A stretch of 64,000 nt of DNA, from assembly GCA_016281935.1 (NCBI GenBank), contig JAEEJN010000089.1:35315-99314 (forward strand), in the 5' to 3' direction. The position numbers and the translations under genes are program-made. This DNA comes from Bacillota bacterium (GTDB taxonomy: Bacteria; Bacillota; Clostridia; Christensenellales; UMGS416). The notes beneath the pieces are model-generated. The model saw only the letters and a list, made by a program, of their open reading frames with translations. It searched no databases and was not told where the DNA came from. Every line of letters starts with the position of its first letter. Within the stretch, counting starts at the first letter, position 1. This document shows positions 26,604 through 36,509 of the stretch, piece after piece.

Positions 26604-28373
26604 TCAGGATGCTTCGTTGGCGACCACTTCGTAATCGTCTCCGCTGTCCTTCGAGATTGCGCTGCTGAGTTCTTCCAAAGTCTTATAGCCGCGAATCGTC
26701 AGGCTGCTCTTGGTATTGCCGTTGGTATAGGGAAGATCGAAACGGTCAGGGGCAACGCCGTAACTGCTGGGATTGTCTTCCTCATTGTAATGGATCTGAC
26801 CATCCTCAGACTCGAAGTCTGTATACTTGGCATACCAGTAATAAGACGTGTTGTTGCCGGCAACTTTGATCGTGATCTTGTAAACGATGTAGAGCCGGTT
26901 GGCTTCATAGCCGTATGCACCGTCTTTCAGTTTGGTGAACCAGTATCCGTCTTCTTCGATGCCTACGAAATCGAAGTAGCTGCGCGTAGAGGCAAATGTC
27001 GTGAACTCGTTCTTGATTGCGTCCTTAGGCGTGCTGATCAGGGTGCTGCGGATATCTTCGGGGATCTGATCATAGGATTCAAGATCAAAATCCAGACCTT
27101 CGACCGTATACTCTTTGGTGGTCGGGGAAGGAACCTTGCCGTATTCCTTGATCACAGTAGAACGGGCCCAGTCCGGAAGCTCGGCAGTCACAGTGATGAC
27201 GTCGCCGTTGCGGAGATATCCGTTCGTATCATCCTTGTTGCAGGACATCGTGTAATCCAGGTAATAATAAACGGAATCGGACGGATAATCCAGAGAGGCA
27301 TACGCATCGCCGCTGCGTCCGGAGACATCGAGGGTCACGCCTTCAAAAGGATCGAACGTGCCGGGCTCGTCCAGACCGGTAACCTTGATCTTCAGTTCGT
27401 CATACTGAAGATCCACATTGAGATACTGCAGGAAATCCTCGGCGCCATAATCGCTCCACTTCCAGGTGATTGTGTCGCCGTTGGAGAGTTCATCATAGTA
27501 GTATCCGTCGACCGATCCATACAGGCAGCCGAGAACATACTCCTTGAAGTATTCATCGGCTGTGTAGAGCTTCGTCATGCTCTTGATCTCTTTTTTGGCT
27601 TTCAGATTCCATTTGATGGATTCGCCTTTATCCTTGAGAAGAGCATCCTCATCGAATTTCTGTTCAGTGATGTTGCCGATCGTATCATAACCTTCGAACT
27701 TGACGCTGACATAATCGTTCAGGTTTACGGAAATGATCTCAGGTTCTTTTTCTCTGAAGAGCAGAAGAAGGACGACGATAATCGCGGCCAGGGCGACCAC
27801 GCCCCCGATGATTCCGATGACCAGGCCGGCTTTGCTCTTCTTCTTGGGCTTCTGTGCGGAATAGGGAGCACCGTAAGGCTGACCCTGGGGAGCGCCGTAA
27901 GGCTGACCCTGGGGAGCACCATAAGGCTGACCCTGAGGAGCGCCGTAGGGCTGACCCTGGGGAGCGCCGTAAGGCTGACCCTGGGGAGCACCGTAAGGCT
28001 GACCCTGAGGAGCGCCGTAAGGCTGCTGAGGTGCTTGAGTCACATAAGGAGCAGGCTGCCCCTGAGGCTGCTGGTTCGGATAAGCAGGTGCCTGCGGAGG
28101 CTGAGCACGATAGGGGATGTTCTGTGCCTGCGGGGGCTGCTGAGGCTGATAGGCAGGTGCTGCAGGAGCTTCCTGCTGAATGGGTTCCTGTACGGGAGCT
28201 TCAGGCTGGGGAGCGGGTTCCTGTACGGGTTCGTAGCTGGGAACTGCGGGTTCGGAAGGCGCGTTCTCCTGAACAGGTTCCTGAGTAAAGGAGATCTGAG
28301 GAATTGGAGAACCGCAGTTGGAGCAGAATTTCTGTCCGTCTGCTAAAGGACTTCCGCATTTGGGACAAATCAT
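26604..28373 (-). CDS. Zinc-ribbon-domain single-pass membrane protein with Pro/Gln-rich linker and large extracellular domain
   Basis: N-terminal CPKCG...FCSNCG, PQ-rich repeats, KPKKKSK followed by one TM helix, then two related L.NGD.IT blocks. Confidence 0.8.
   Translation of the reverse strand: MICPKCGSPLADGQKFCSNCGSPIPQISFTQEPVQENAPSEPAVPSYEPVQEPAPQPEAPVQEPIQQEAPAAPAYQPQQPPQAQNIPYRAQPPQAPAYPNQQPQGQPAPYVTQAPQQPYGAPQGQPYGAPQGQPYGAPQGQPYGAPQGQPYGAPQGQPYGAPQGQPYGAPYSAQKPKKKSKAGLVIGIIGGVVALAAIIVVLLLLFREKEPEIISVNLNDYVSVKFEGYDTIGNITEQKFDEDALLKDKGESIKWNLKAKKEIKSMTKLYTADEYFKEYVLGCLYGSVDGYYYDELSNGDTITWKWSDYGAEDFLQYLNVDLQYDELKIKVTGLDEPGTFDPFEGVTLDVSGRSGDAYASLDYPSDSVYYYLDYTMSCNKDDTNGYLRNGDVITVTAELPDWARSTVIKEYGKVPSPTTKEYTVEGLDFDLESYDQIPEDIRSTLISTPKDAIKNEFTTFASTRSYFDFVGIEEDGYWFTKLKDGAYGYEANRLYIVYKITIKVAGNNTSYYWYAKYTDFESEDGQIHYNEEDNPSSYGVAPDRFDLPYTNGNTKSSLTIRGYKTLEELSSAISKDSGDDYEVVANEAS
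27864..28025 (-). repeat. In-frame 24-bp tandem repeat (6 full units plus 1 partial) encoding QPYGAPQG
   Basis: Plus-strand unit of type GGGAGCRCCGTAAGGCTGACCCTG repeated with synonymous variation. Confidence 0.95.
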
Positions 28374-28570
28374 GAAGACTCCTCCTTACTGATGGATTTC
28401 TTGTTTCTTATTGTAACACAGGCATTTCGCTTCATCAAGAGAAATCAGTGATATAAACGCCGAGACAAGGGCATTTTGCCGTATCATTTCTTGAAAAACT
28501 CGGATGATCTATGATATACTTATACATACCTGTTCAAGGGTATGTCATTGCGAAAACGGAGGATGAATCG

Positions 28571-30253
28571 ATGCCGGTCAAGGCAGAAGTTAAACCTGCG
28601 GAGCATTTTATCGATGCCGCTATCAACGAAGATATCGAAGCGGGCAAGGTTCGGGATTATATCCAGACGCGGTTCCCGCCCGAGCCGAACGGTTATCTTC
28701 ACATCGGACATGTCAAAGCGATGGTCCTGGATTTCGGGACAGCCGAAAAATACGGAGGCTGCTGCAATCTCCGCTTTGATGACACCAATCCCGAAAAGGA
28801 AGATCAGTCGTTTATCGATGCGATTTTTGAGGATATCCACTGGATGGGGTTTGACTGGAAAGAACTCCATTTTGCTTCCGAATACTTTGAACAGACCTAT
28901 GAGTTCGCTGAAAAACTCATTTGCGAAGGCAAAGCCTATGTGGATGAGCAGTCTGCCGATGAGATCAGGGAGAATCGCGGTACCCTGACCGAACCCGGTA
29001 AGAATTCTCCCTGGAGAGACCGTCCTTCCGAAGAAAGTCTTCGTCTGTTCCGTGAAATGCGGGCAGGCAAACATCCGGAAGGTTCCATGGTGCTGCGTGC
29101 CAGGATCGATATGGCCGCTCCCAACATGAATATGAGGGATCCGGTCCTTTACCGCATCCGTTTTGTTACGCATCATCAGACAGGAGATAAATGGTGCATT
29201 TATCCCATGTACGATTTTTCTCATCCCATCGGAGATGCGCTGGAAGGCGTCACACATTCCCTGTGCTCTTTGGAATATGAGGATCACCGTCCTCTGTATG
29301 ATTGGGTCACGCATGAGATCGGCTTCGAGTATCCTCCCAGGCAGATCGAGTTCGCACGTCTGAATATGACGGGCACTATCATGAGCAAACGGTATCTTCG
29401 CCGAATGGTCGAAGAGCACTTGGTGGACGGGTGGGATGATCCGCGCATGCCTACGCTTCGCGGGCTTCGCCGCAGAGGCATCACTCCGTCCGCTATCCGC
29501 GATTTCCTGTCCAAAGCGGGAACTGCCAAGGCTTACAGCGTCGTCGATATGGCGCTTCTCGAGTCGTGCATCCGGGATGAACTGAACGAGAATGCTCCCC
29601 GCGCCATGGTCGTGACGGAACCGATCAAGGTCGTTATTACGAATTATCCGGAAGGAAAGAGCGAGACGTTCATGCGTCCGAACCATCCTTTCCACGAGGA
29701 AGCCGGAAGCCACGAAGTCAGTTTCTCCCGTGAGATCTATATCGAAGCTGCCGACTTTATGGAAGTGCCTGCTCCGAAATATCACCGTCTGAAACCTGAC
29801 GGTGAAGTGCGGCTTATGGGTGCATACATCATCCGCTGCGACGAAGTGGTCAAGAATGAAGACGGTACGATCCGCGAACTGCGTTGTACGGCGGATCTGG
29901 ACAGTTATACGGGCGGTCCCACTGCGGACCGAAAAGTCAAGGGGACGATTCACTGGGTGGATGCGGCCACAGCAAAACCTGCTACGATCCGTATCTACGA
30001 ATCACTGCTCCGGGACCGTGAAGGCGGTGACGAGCATGATGACTATTTTGACAGGCTGAACATGGATTCCAAGAAGACTCTTACAGGATGCATGGCTGAA
30101 GCCTGGCTGGCTGAAGCGAAACCTGAAGATAAGTTCCAGTTCGTCAGACAGGGCTATTATGTCCTGGACCAGTATGCAAAGGAAGGTGAACTGACCTTCA
30201 ACCGGATCGTGAGTCTGAAGGATACATGGGCGAAAGTCCAGGCAAAAGGATAA
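28571..30253 (+). CDS. glnS: Glutamine--tRNA ligase
   Basis: TRFPPEPNGYLHIGH, LRFDDTNP, YPMYDF, MSKR, GWDDPRMPT, FQFVRQGY. Confidence 0.95.
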   Translation: MPVKAEVKPAEHFIDAAINEDIEAGKVRDYIQTRFPPEPNGYLHIGHVKAMVLDFGTAEKYGGCCNLRFDDTNPEKEDQSFIDAIFEDIHWMGFDWKELHFASEYFEQTYEFAEKLICEGKAYVDEQSADEIRENRGTLTEPGKNSPWRDRPSEESLRLFREMRAGKHPEGSMVLRARIDMAAPNMNMRDPVLYRIRFVTHHQTGDKWCIYPMYDFSHPIGDALEGVTHSLCSLEYEDHRPLYDWVTHEIGFEYPPRQIEFARLNMTGTIMSKRYLRRMVEEHLVDGWDDPRMPTLRGLRRRGITPSAIRDFLSKAGTAKAYSVVDMALLESCIRDELNENAPRAMVVTEPIKVVITNYPEGKSETFMRPNHPFHEEAGSHEVSFSREIYIEAADFMEVPAPKYHRLKPDGEVRLMGAYIIRCDEVVKNEDGTIRELRCTADLDSYTGGPTADRKVKGTIHWVDAATAKPATIRIYESLLRDREGGDEHDDYFDRLNMDSKKTLTGCMAEAWLAEAKPEDKFQFVRQGYYVLDQYAKEGELTFNRIVSLKDTWAKVQAKG

Positions 30254-30263
30254 GGAGAGCGAC

Positions 30264-31709
30264 ATGCAGGTTCGTACACGTTTTGCGCCGAGTCCCACCG
30301 GGTATCTTCATCTGGGCGGGCTTCGTACGGCTCTATACACTTATTTGTTCACAAGAAAGAATCACGGCGTTTATATCCTGAGGATCGAGGATACCGACCA
30401 GGAACGCCTGGTGGAAGGAGCAACGGAAAAGATCTACCGCAGTCTTCGTCTGGCTGGCCTGGATTGGGATGAAGGCCCTGATGTGGGAGGACCTGTCGGG
30501 CCTTATATTCAGACGGAACGCCGGGATATGTATCTTCCTTACGCTCAGGAACTGGTCAGAAAAGGGAAAGCATATTACTGCTTCTGCACCAAAGAGGAAC
30601 TTGCTGAGCGCAGAGCTGCGTGTGAAGCGGAAGGGAAGACCTGGAAATACGACAAACACTGCTGCTCCCTCACACCTGAAGAAGTACAGGCCAAGCTGGA
30701 TGCCGGGGTGCCTTATGTGATCCGTCAGAATGTACCGGAATCCGGTGAAGCGTCTTTCGATGACGTTCTTTACGGGCATATCACCGTAGACTGTTCGGAA
30801 CTGGACGACAATGTCCTCATCAAACAGGACGGGCTTCCTACCTATAATTTCGCCAACGTGATCGATGACCATACGATGGGCATCACGCATGTTCTGCGCG
30901 GCAATGAGTATCTCTCTTCTACGCCCAAATACAATCTGCTGTATGACGCGTTCGGATGGGAGAAGCCCGTATACATCCATCTGACCCCTGTGATGGCGGA
31001 CGCGACTCGCAAACTGAGCAAAAGATACGGAGATCCTTCTTTCGAAGATCTCCTGGAGGAAGGCTATCTGAAGGAAGCTGTCGTGAATTATATCTCTCTT
31101 GTCGGTTGGAATCCCGGAGACAACCGTGAGTTCTTCACGATGGACGAACTGATCGAAGCTTTCTCTCTGGAGGGTCTTTCGAAATCACCTGCGATCTTCG
31201 ATAAGGAGAAATGCCGCTGGATGAATGCGGAATATATCCGCCGCATGACACCGGAAGCATTTGATGAAGCTGCAGGCCCCTGGTATGAGAAAGCCGGTAT
31301 CGCTCATATGGATCGCGCGATTCTGGCAAAGTGTCTGCAGCCCCGTGTGGAGGTATTCTCCGAACTGCCGGCTATGGTGGACTTCCTTACGGAGATGCCC
31401 GAGTTCTCCGATGAGCTGTATTTCTCCAAGAAAATGAAGACCAATGCAGAAACGGCGAGAGAAGATCTTCCCGTGATCCTGGACACTCTGGAGAAGCTCC
31501 CTGCCTGGAACGAGGAGTCTGTGCATGATGCTCTGATCAATCTGGCTCAGAGCCAGAACAAGAAGAACGGCGTCATCATGTGGCCTCTCCGTATCGCGAT
31601 CTCCGGCAAAGCGGTGACTCCCTGCGGAGCAGTAGAGATCGCCGTCCTTCTCGGCAGGGATGAGACGCTTGCAAGGATCCGCCGCAGCCTTGCGGCATTG
31701 GAGGCATAA
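30264..31709 (+). CDS. gltX: Glutamate--tRNA ligase
   Basis: RTRFAPSPTG.LH.G, LRIEDTD, AYYCFC, PTYNFANV.DD, KLSKR. Confidence 0.96.
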   Translation: MQVRTRFAPSPTGYLHLGGLRTALYTYLFTRKNHGVYILRIEDTDQERLVEGATEKIYRSLRLAGLDWDEGPDVGGPVGPYIQTERRDMYLPYAQELVRKGKAYYCFCTKEELAERRAACEAEGKTWKYDKHCCSLTPEEVQAKLDAGVPYVIRQNVPESGEASFDDVLYGHITVDCSELDDNVLIKQDGLPTYNFANVIDDHTMGITHVLRGNEYLSSTPKYNLLYDAFGWEKPVYIHLTPVMADATRKLSKRYGDPSFEDLLEEGYLKEAVVNYISLVGWNPGDNREFFTMDELIEAFSLEGLSKSPAIFDKEKCRWMNAEYIRRMTPEAFDEAAGPWYEKAGIAHMDRAILAKCLQPRVEVFSELPAMVDFLTEMPEFSDELYFSKKMKTNAETAREDLPVILDTLEKLPAWNEESVHDALINLAQSQNKKNGVIMWPLRIAISGKAVTPCGAVEIAVLLGRDETLARIRRSLAALEA

Positions 31710-32162
31710 ATGGCTCTGTTTTCCCGGGCAGTCAATGTAAACGGCACCGCAGAAGCCGTTTATCTGCGCGCATGGAAACCGAATCACGAGCGCGGGGCTG
31801 TGAATTATGTCCTTCGTCGCTTCTGGGTCGGTTACCTTCTTGTCGGCGGATTCGGAACCGTGATCTACGTGCTGAATCTCGTCGGCGCGATCCAGGACGG
31901 CGCTGTCATGGAGGGAATCGTCGCACTGGCAGTCTGGGTCGTGGCCACACTGCTCGGAGGAGCTCTCCTGACGTGGTTCTGGTACCTGTACAGGGATAAA
32001 AAATATCTGCGCTATATGGAAGAGATGAAAAAGTATCATGCCTCACAGAGTTCTGTGTGGCAGGATATCGATCAGATCAATGCGGAACGCGGAGCAGATG
32101 CACCGGTCAAAAAACGCAAGAATTATGAGATCTATACATCCTATCCACGCAGCAAAAAATAA
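31710..32162 (+). CDS. Hypothetical membrane protein (2 TM helices)
   Basis: Starts directly after the gltX stop with RBS GGAGG inside gltX; two hydrophobic stretches; followed by a terminator. Confidence 0.65.
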   Translation: MALFSRAVNVNGTAEAVYLRAWKPNHERGAVNYVLRRFWVGYLLVGGFGTVIYVLNLVGAIQDGAVMEGIVALAVWVVATLLGGALLTWFWYLYRDKKYLRYMEEMKKYHASQSSVWQDIDQINAERGADAPVKKRKNYEIYTSYPRSKK

Positions 32163-32170
32163 GACGACCG

Positions 32171-32206
32171 AAACCGGGACGAAAGGGATCCCGGTTTTCT
32201 CTTTTT
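32171..32206 (+). terminator. Intrinsic terminator of the glnS-gltX-hyp operon
   Basis: AAACCGGGA...TCCCGGTTT followed by TCTCTTTTT. Confidence 0.7.
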
Positions 32207-32279
32207 GTGGCTTGCAGATACGATTGACAGACGATGGATAAGGGTCTGTATATCAGAAAAAGAAAATCGGATTTGGGTG

Positions 32280-32308
32280 TTGACAGGCAGGACAGCCTGT
32301 GCTATAGT
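32280..32308 (+). promoter_or_regulatory. Sigma-A promoter of T-box-trpB2
   Basis: TTGACA-17 nt-TATAGT with an extended TG. Confidence 0.7.
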
Positions 32309-32317
32309 AAGTTAAAC

Positions 32318-32590
32318 CGATGAAGGAGAAAGAGTAACTTTCCGTATCTTTCTGACAGAGAGCCGCTGAGGGTGGGAATGCGGTGAAAGAAAGAAAGCGA
32401 ATGGGCTCCTGAGGGCGAGCGGAAACGAGCAATCGGAGTATGTGAGACGGTCTGGCCTTCCGTCAATGAGGCCGGCATATGAAAGTATGCGCTAAGTGGG
32501 CGCTGAAGCGTCAAGCCGGGTGGCACCGCAGGAAAGTATGATTCGATCCTGTCCCAGCAGAAATACGACTGGGGCAGGATCGTTTTATTT
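32318..32590 (+). ncRNA. T-box riboswitch, tryptophan-specific
   Basis: GA motif and AGAGA...GGTG.GA stem I signatures, specifier UGG at 32402-32404, T-box AAGCCGGGTGGCACCGC at 32513-32529, terminator GATCCTGTCCCAG/CTGGGGCAGGATC-GTTTTATTT. Confidence 0.9.
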
Positions 32591-32612
32591 GCCCCGAAGA
32601 AAGGAGCCGAAA

Positions 32613-33986
32613 ATGGCCGAAAAAACTATTCCCTACAAAATCTACCTCAACGAATCCGAAATGCCGAAGTTCTGGTATAATGTGCGGGCGGATATGACGA
32701 CAAAACCCGCTCCGCTGCTGAATCCCGGAACGCATCAGCCGATGAAAGCGGAAGAACTCAGCGCGGTGTTCTGCGATGAGCTCGTGCAGCAGGAACTCGA
32801 CAATACGACAAGGGAATACCCCATTCCTCAGGAGATCCTGGACTTCTACAAAATGTATCGTCCCTCTCCTTTGGTCAGGGCTTACTGCCTGGAACAGAAA
32901 CTGGGAACGCCTGCCAAGATCTACTACAAATTCGAAGGCAACAATACGTCCGGATCGCATAAGCTGAACTCCGCGATCGCCCAGGCTTATTATGCCAAGA
33001 AGCAGGGACTGAAAGGCGTGACAACTGAGACCGGCGCAGGACAGTGGGGGACCGCTCTTTCCATGGCCTGTTCCTATTTCGGACTGGACTGCAAGGTCTT
33101 CATGGTCAAGGTCTCGTATGAACAGAAGCCGTTCCGCCGTGAAGTCATGCGTACCTACGGCGCTTCCGTCACACCTTCTCCTTCTATGGAGACGGAAGTC
33201 GGCCGCAAGATTCTGGCCGAGCATCCCGGCACCACCGGATCCCTCGGATGCGCGATCTCCGAAGCCGTGGAAGTCGCTGTCAAGAATCCCGGTTATCGCT
33301 ATGTGCTCGGCAGCGTTCTGAATCAGGTGCTCCTCCATCAGTCTGTGATCGGCCTGGAGACCAAGGCTGCGTTGGACAAGTACGGGATCGTTCCGGATAT
33401 CATCATCGGCTGTGCAGGCGGCGGTTCCAACCTCGGCGGACTGATCGCGCCGTTCATGGGCCAGAAACTGCGCGGAGAAGCGGATTACCGCATCATCGCC
33501 GTAGAACCGGCTTCCTGCCCGAGCTTTACCCGTGGCGTTTATGCGTACGATTTCTGCGACACTGGCATGGTTTGCCCGCTCGCGAAGATGTATACGCTCG
33601 GTTGTGATTTCATCCCCTCCCCGAACCATGCCGGCGGACTGCGTTATCATGGCATGAGCCCCGTGCTGAGTCAGCTGTATGATGACGGGTACATGGAAGC
33701 CACCTCAGTGACTCAGACGAGCGTATTCGAAGCGGCAGAGTATTTTGCCCGTGTCGAGGGCATCCTGCCCGCGCCCGAATCGAGCCATGCGATCCGTGTC
33801 GCGATCGACGAAGCGCTGAAGTGCAAGGAGACCGGTGAAGAAAAGACGATCGTGTTCGGTCTGACCGGCACAGGTTATTTTGATATGGTCGCGTATGAGA
33901 AATTCCATGAGGGGCAGATGGAAGACTATATCCCCACGGACGAAGATCTTGCCAAATACCGCGCGATGCTTCCCAAGGTGGATTGA
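32613..33986 (+). CDS. trpB2: Stand-alone tryptophan synthase beta chain type 2 (TrpB-like PLP enzyme)
   Basis: GSHKLNSA (PLP lysine), TETGAGQWG, GCAGGGSN, HAGGLRYHG, PAPES.HA. Start ATG 32613 after AAGGAG. Confidence 0.9.
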   Translation: MAEKTIPYKIYLNESEMPKFWYNVRADMTTKPAPLLNPGTHQPMKAEELSAVFCDELVQQELDNTTREYPIPQEILDFYKMYRPSPLVRAYCLEQKLGTPAKIYYKFEGNNTSGSHKLNSAIAQAYYAKKQGLKGVTTETGAGQWGTALSMACSYFGLDCKVFMVKVSYEQKPFRREVMRTYGASVTPSPSMETEVGRKILAEHPGTTGSLGCAISEAVEVAVKNPGYRYVLGSVLNQVLLHQSVIGLETKAALDKYGIVPDIIIGCAGGGSNLGGLIAPFMGQKLRGEADYRIIAVEPASCPSFTRGVYAYDFCDTGMVCPLAKMYTLGCDFIPSPNHAGGLRYHGMSPVLSQLYDDGYMEATSVTQTSVFEAAEYFARVEGILPAPESSHAIRVAIDEALKCKETGEEKTIVFGLTGTGYFDMVAYEKFHEGQMEDYIPTDEDLAKYRAMLPKVD

Positions 33987-34005
33987 TTCCGACCGAAAAC
34001 AAAGA

Positions 34006-34041
34006 GATCCGGAAAGCCGAAGCTTTCCGGATCGTTTTGTT
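34006..34041. terminator. Bidirectional terminator between trpB2 and the GH39 gene
   Basis: GATCCGGAAAGC-cgaa-GCTTTCCGGATC-GTTTTGTT. Confidence 0.75.
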
Positions 34042-34062
34042 ATGCTGGATGTCGATGAGCCA

Positions 34063-35706
34063 TTATTCGAAATCGATTTCAATCAGCGCAAGAGCATGTG
34101 ACGGCATATATATGGATGCGCTGAAAGTCCCATTCTTATTCTCAAGCGGAGCAGATTCCGGCTTCAGTTCGGATGCCTGACGGAATCGGGCAAGCAGATC
34201 TTTATCCGGCCAGTCCGGACTTCCGGCATTTTTCCAAGCCGTATAGGCATTGGCGTGATCGGCATCGATCCTGGTCACGGTCATGACGGCGTTCCTGTTA
34301 TTGGGAGCACTGAGAATCTGAAGATCGATCACGGAATCACGGGATTCATCCCAGTCATCATGATGACTGAACAGAAGGATGCTGAGGTGCTTCCCATCGG
34401 AAGTCGCGCGTCCGTTAATCTCAGGTACGAGGCCGGTACCCCAGGGATCCGGGAAAGAAGACAGATCCTGTGCACCGGAGGACGATAGTTCGATTTCTTC
34501 CGTTCCCAGTCGGCCAAGCAGACGGAACAGACCCATCATCGGCTTTTCCACACCCTGTGTGGAAAACGTGCGGGTGCCTTCGAAGCAGCGTTCGCCTTCG
34601 AACATGAAAGCCCAGGCCAGCGGCCGGATATCCATATCGAGTTCACGTGCCAGTTCTTCGATGTGATAATAGCCGGATGCGGTATAGGTGGCATAGTATT
34701 CCGTGTTCCGGAAATTCAGATTGTGATTATCGAAACGGCCGCCGGCAGCCCAGCCGTCGGGATCAGCTTCTGACAGTACGCATTCCAGATCGCCATAACC
34801 CCATTTCTTGAGAACGGAAGCCTGAGTGCGCACATTTTCCACAAGCGTCTGCACCGAGGGAAGCTGCTTTTTTCTGAGAGACAGGGGATCGAAACGATAG
34901 CCTCCGCCTTTTGTATGGAAAGTCGTGAAATCGATCCTTGTGCCTGTTGATCCGGTATAATAGTTGATCCCTTCCCTGATATGCTTGAGGAAACCATCCA
35001 GGAACTTAGTCGCATTGCCTTCAGGATCTCTGGTGCCCGTAGTAGCGGGACCGCCGAAACGGGCGTCGGGGAGGACATCATGCAGAGCGGCTTCCGTATA
35101 GTCGTAGAGCTTGCAGAATTCCGCGTGTGTGCCTCTCCAGTAAAAGATGTCCGGTTCGTTCCACATCTCGAAATACCAGCTGGCTAGTTCCTTTTCACCG
35201 TATCTTTCCTTCAGATGAGCGGCTATGACGTGGATCAGATCATACCAACGGTCCCAGTCCTTGGGAGGCATGGACCATCCGATCTGCTGATACTCTGATA
35301 GATTTCCATGTCCCGCATACCGCTTTCCATCCCTTGCAAGACGCGGGTCAGCCAGATCCAGGGGCATGAAACCGATCTCGAAGAAAGGTTTTCCGCCTGA
35401 TTTCAGGATCTCATCAAAAATCTTGTCCAGCGTTTCAAAGCAGTATACGGGATCGCCGTTTTCATCCTCCGTATATACATTGGTGGATCCCCATTTATAG
35501 AACGGATGCATGATGCCTGTTACCAGCATATGATGGCAGCGGACATAATACGGAGCATCGGGCAGCGTTCCGAAAGCTTTCAGGAGCTTCATGCCCCCGG
35601 GAGTATGCGAATAGTTGCATTCATCGTATCCGATGTAGTTCCAGTGATGGGGAAGAGGACCGATTTTTCGGGCCATATCGGCCCGTACTTCAACGTGCCG
35701 AGTCAT
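34063..35706 (-). CDS. Glycoside hydrolase family 39 (beta-xylosidase/iduronidase-like)
   Basis: PF.EIGFMP, PPKD, FEMWNEPD acid/base motif, GGPA, SEADPDGW candidate nucleophile. Confidence 0.82.
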   Translation of the reverse strand: MTRHVEVRADMARKIGPLPHHWNYIGYDECNYSHTPGGMKLLKAFGTLPDAPYYVRCHHMLVTGIMHPFYKWGSTNVYTEDENGDPVYCFETLDKIFDEILKSGGKPFFEIGFMPLDLADPRLARDGKRYAGHGNLSEYQQIGWSMPPKDWDRWYDLIHVIAAHLKERYGEKELASWYFEMWNEPDIFYWRGTHAEFCKLYDYTEAALHDVLPDARFGGPATTGTRDPEGNATKFLDGFLKHIREGINYYTGSTGTRIDFTTFHTKGGGYRFDPLSLRKKQLPSVQTLVENVRTQASVLKKWGYGDLECVLSEADPDGWAAGGRFDNHNLNFRNTEYYATYTASGYYHIEELARELDMDIRPLAWAFMFEGERCFEGTRTFSTQGVEKPMMGLFRLLGRLGTEEIELSSSGAQDLSSFPDPWGTGLVPEINGRATSDGKHLSILLFSHHDDWDESRDSVIDLQILSAPNNRNAVMTVTRIDADHANAYTAWKNAGSPDWPDKDLLARFRQASELKPESAPLENKNGTFSASIYMPSHALALIEIDFE

Positions 35707-36386
35707 TCCATGGCCTCCAGGATCTCCCTGACTTTTGCAAAAGCGGTTCTTCCGGAGTTGTATACCGGTACGCGTGTAGCACCGAGTTCCTTTTCAATGG
35801 CGGACATTGAGACCTGTGCCAGGACAATGGAGTCCACACGACGGCTCATGTCGTCGATTGCATCCATCAGCATACGGTTGTGGAGTGAGGTGTTGCCGGA
35901 ACGCAGTGCCTTGAAGGCTTCGGACAGAAGCGCGGTCTCGACAGTGATCTCCTTTCCTGCGTCGCGTGCCGCTTCGCGAAGCAGCCGCTCAGATGACGGC
36001 ATGGTGGAAGGAAGAGTACCGATGAGTCCTACCCGGCTGCCCTGCCGGACTGCCAGATCCATCATGGGACGGTCGATGTTCATGATAGGAACATTGATCA
36101 TGGGACGCGCATGTTCAGCTGCCTGGTTGAAGGTGGAACATCCGAGAAGGATCAGATCCGCACCGGCTTCTTCCATGAAATGACAGTAGGTGGCGAATTT
36201 GAAAAAGTTGACTTTCGGGATTGTGCCGACAGGAGCGGCAAGGTTATCACGCTGAATCGTGTCATCACCGAGATGTACGACCTGGACTTCGGGGATGAAC
36301 TCATCGATGTAGGGCTGTACGGTCTGTGCTGTAAAAACGGCTGCGTGAATGATCGCCAGCGTTTTTTGGGATAAGTCTCTGGACAT
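35703..36386 (-). CDS. Asp/Glu/hydantoin racemase-superfamily protein
   Basis: GAD.ILL.CSTF, P...ID.PM, IVLAQ.SM; 4-nt overlap with the GH39 gene; RBS AGGAGG. Confidence 0.72.
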   Translation of the reverse strand: MSRDLSQKTLAIIHAAVFTAQTVQPYIDEFIPEVQVVHLGDDTIQRDNLAAPVGTIPKVNFFKFATYCHFMEEAGADLILLGCSTFNQAAEHARPMINVPIMNIDRPMMDLAVRQGSRVGLIGTLPSTMPSSERLLREAARDAGKEITVETALLSEAFKALRSGNTSLHNRMLMDAIDDMSRRVDSIVLAQVSMSAIEKELGATRVPVYNSGRTAFAKVREILEAME

Positions 36387-36509
36387 GATAGAACCTCCTT
36401 GAGTGACCTGTATCATCGGCTTCAGTATACTCTAGTCGAGTGCTTTTGAAAAGCCGGATTGACATAAATCTGCCAATCAGAGATAATGGAGCATATGGAG
36501 GAAATGCCC

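Noticed and set aside
27864-28025. Regularly spaced repeats resembling a CRISPR array
   Set aside because: Units are contiguous with no unique spacers, are in frame within a CDS and vary at synonymous positions; no cas genes are present.
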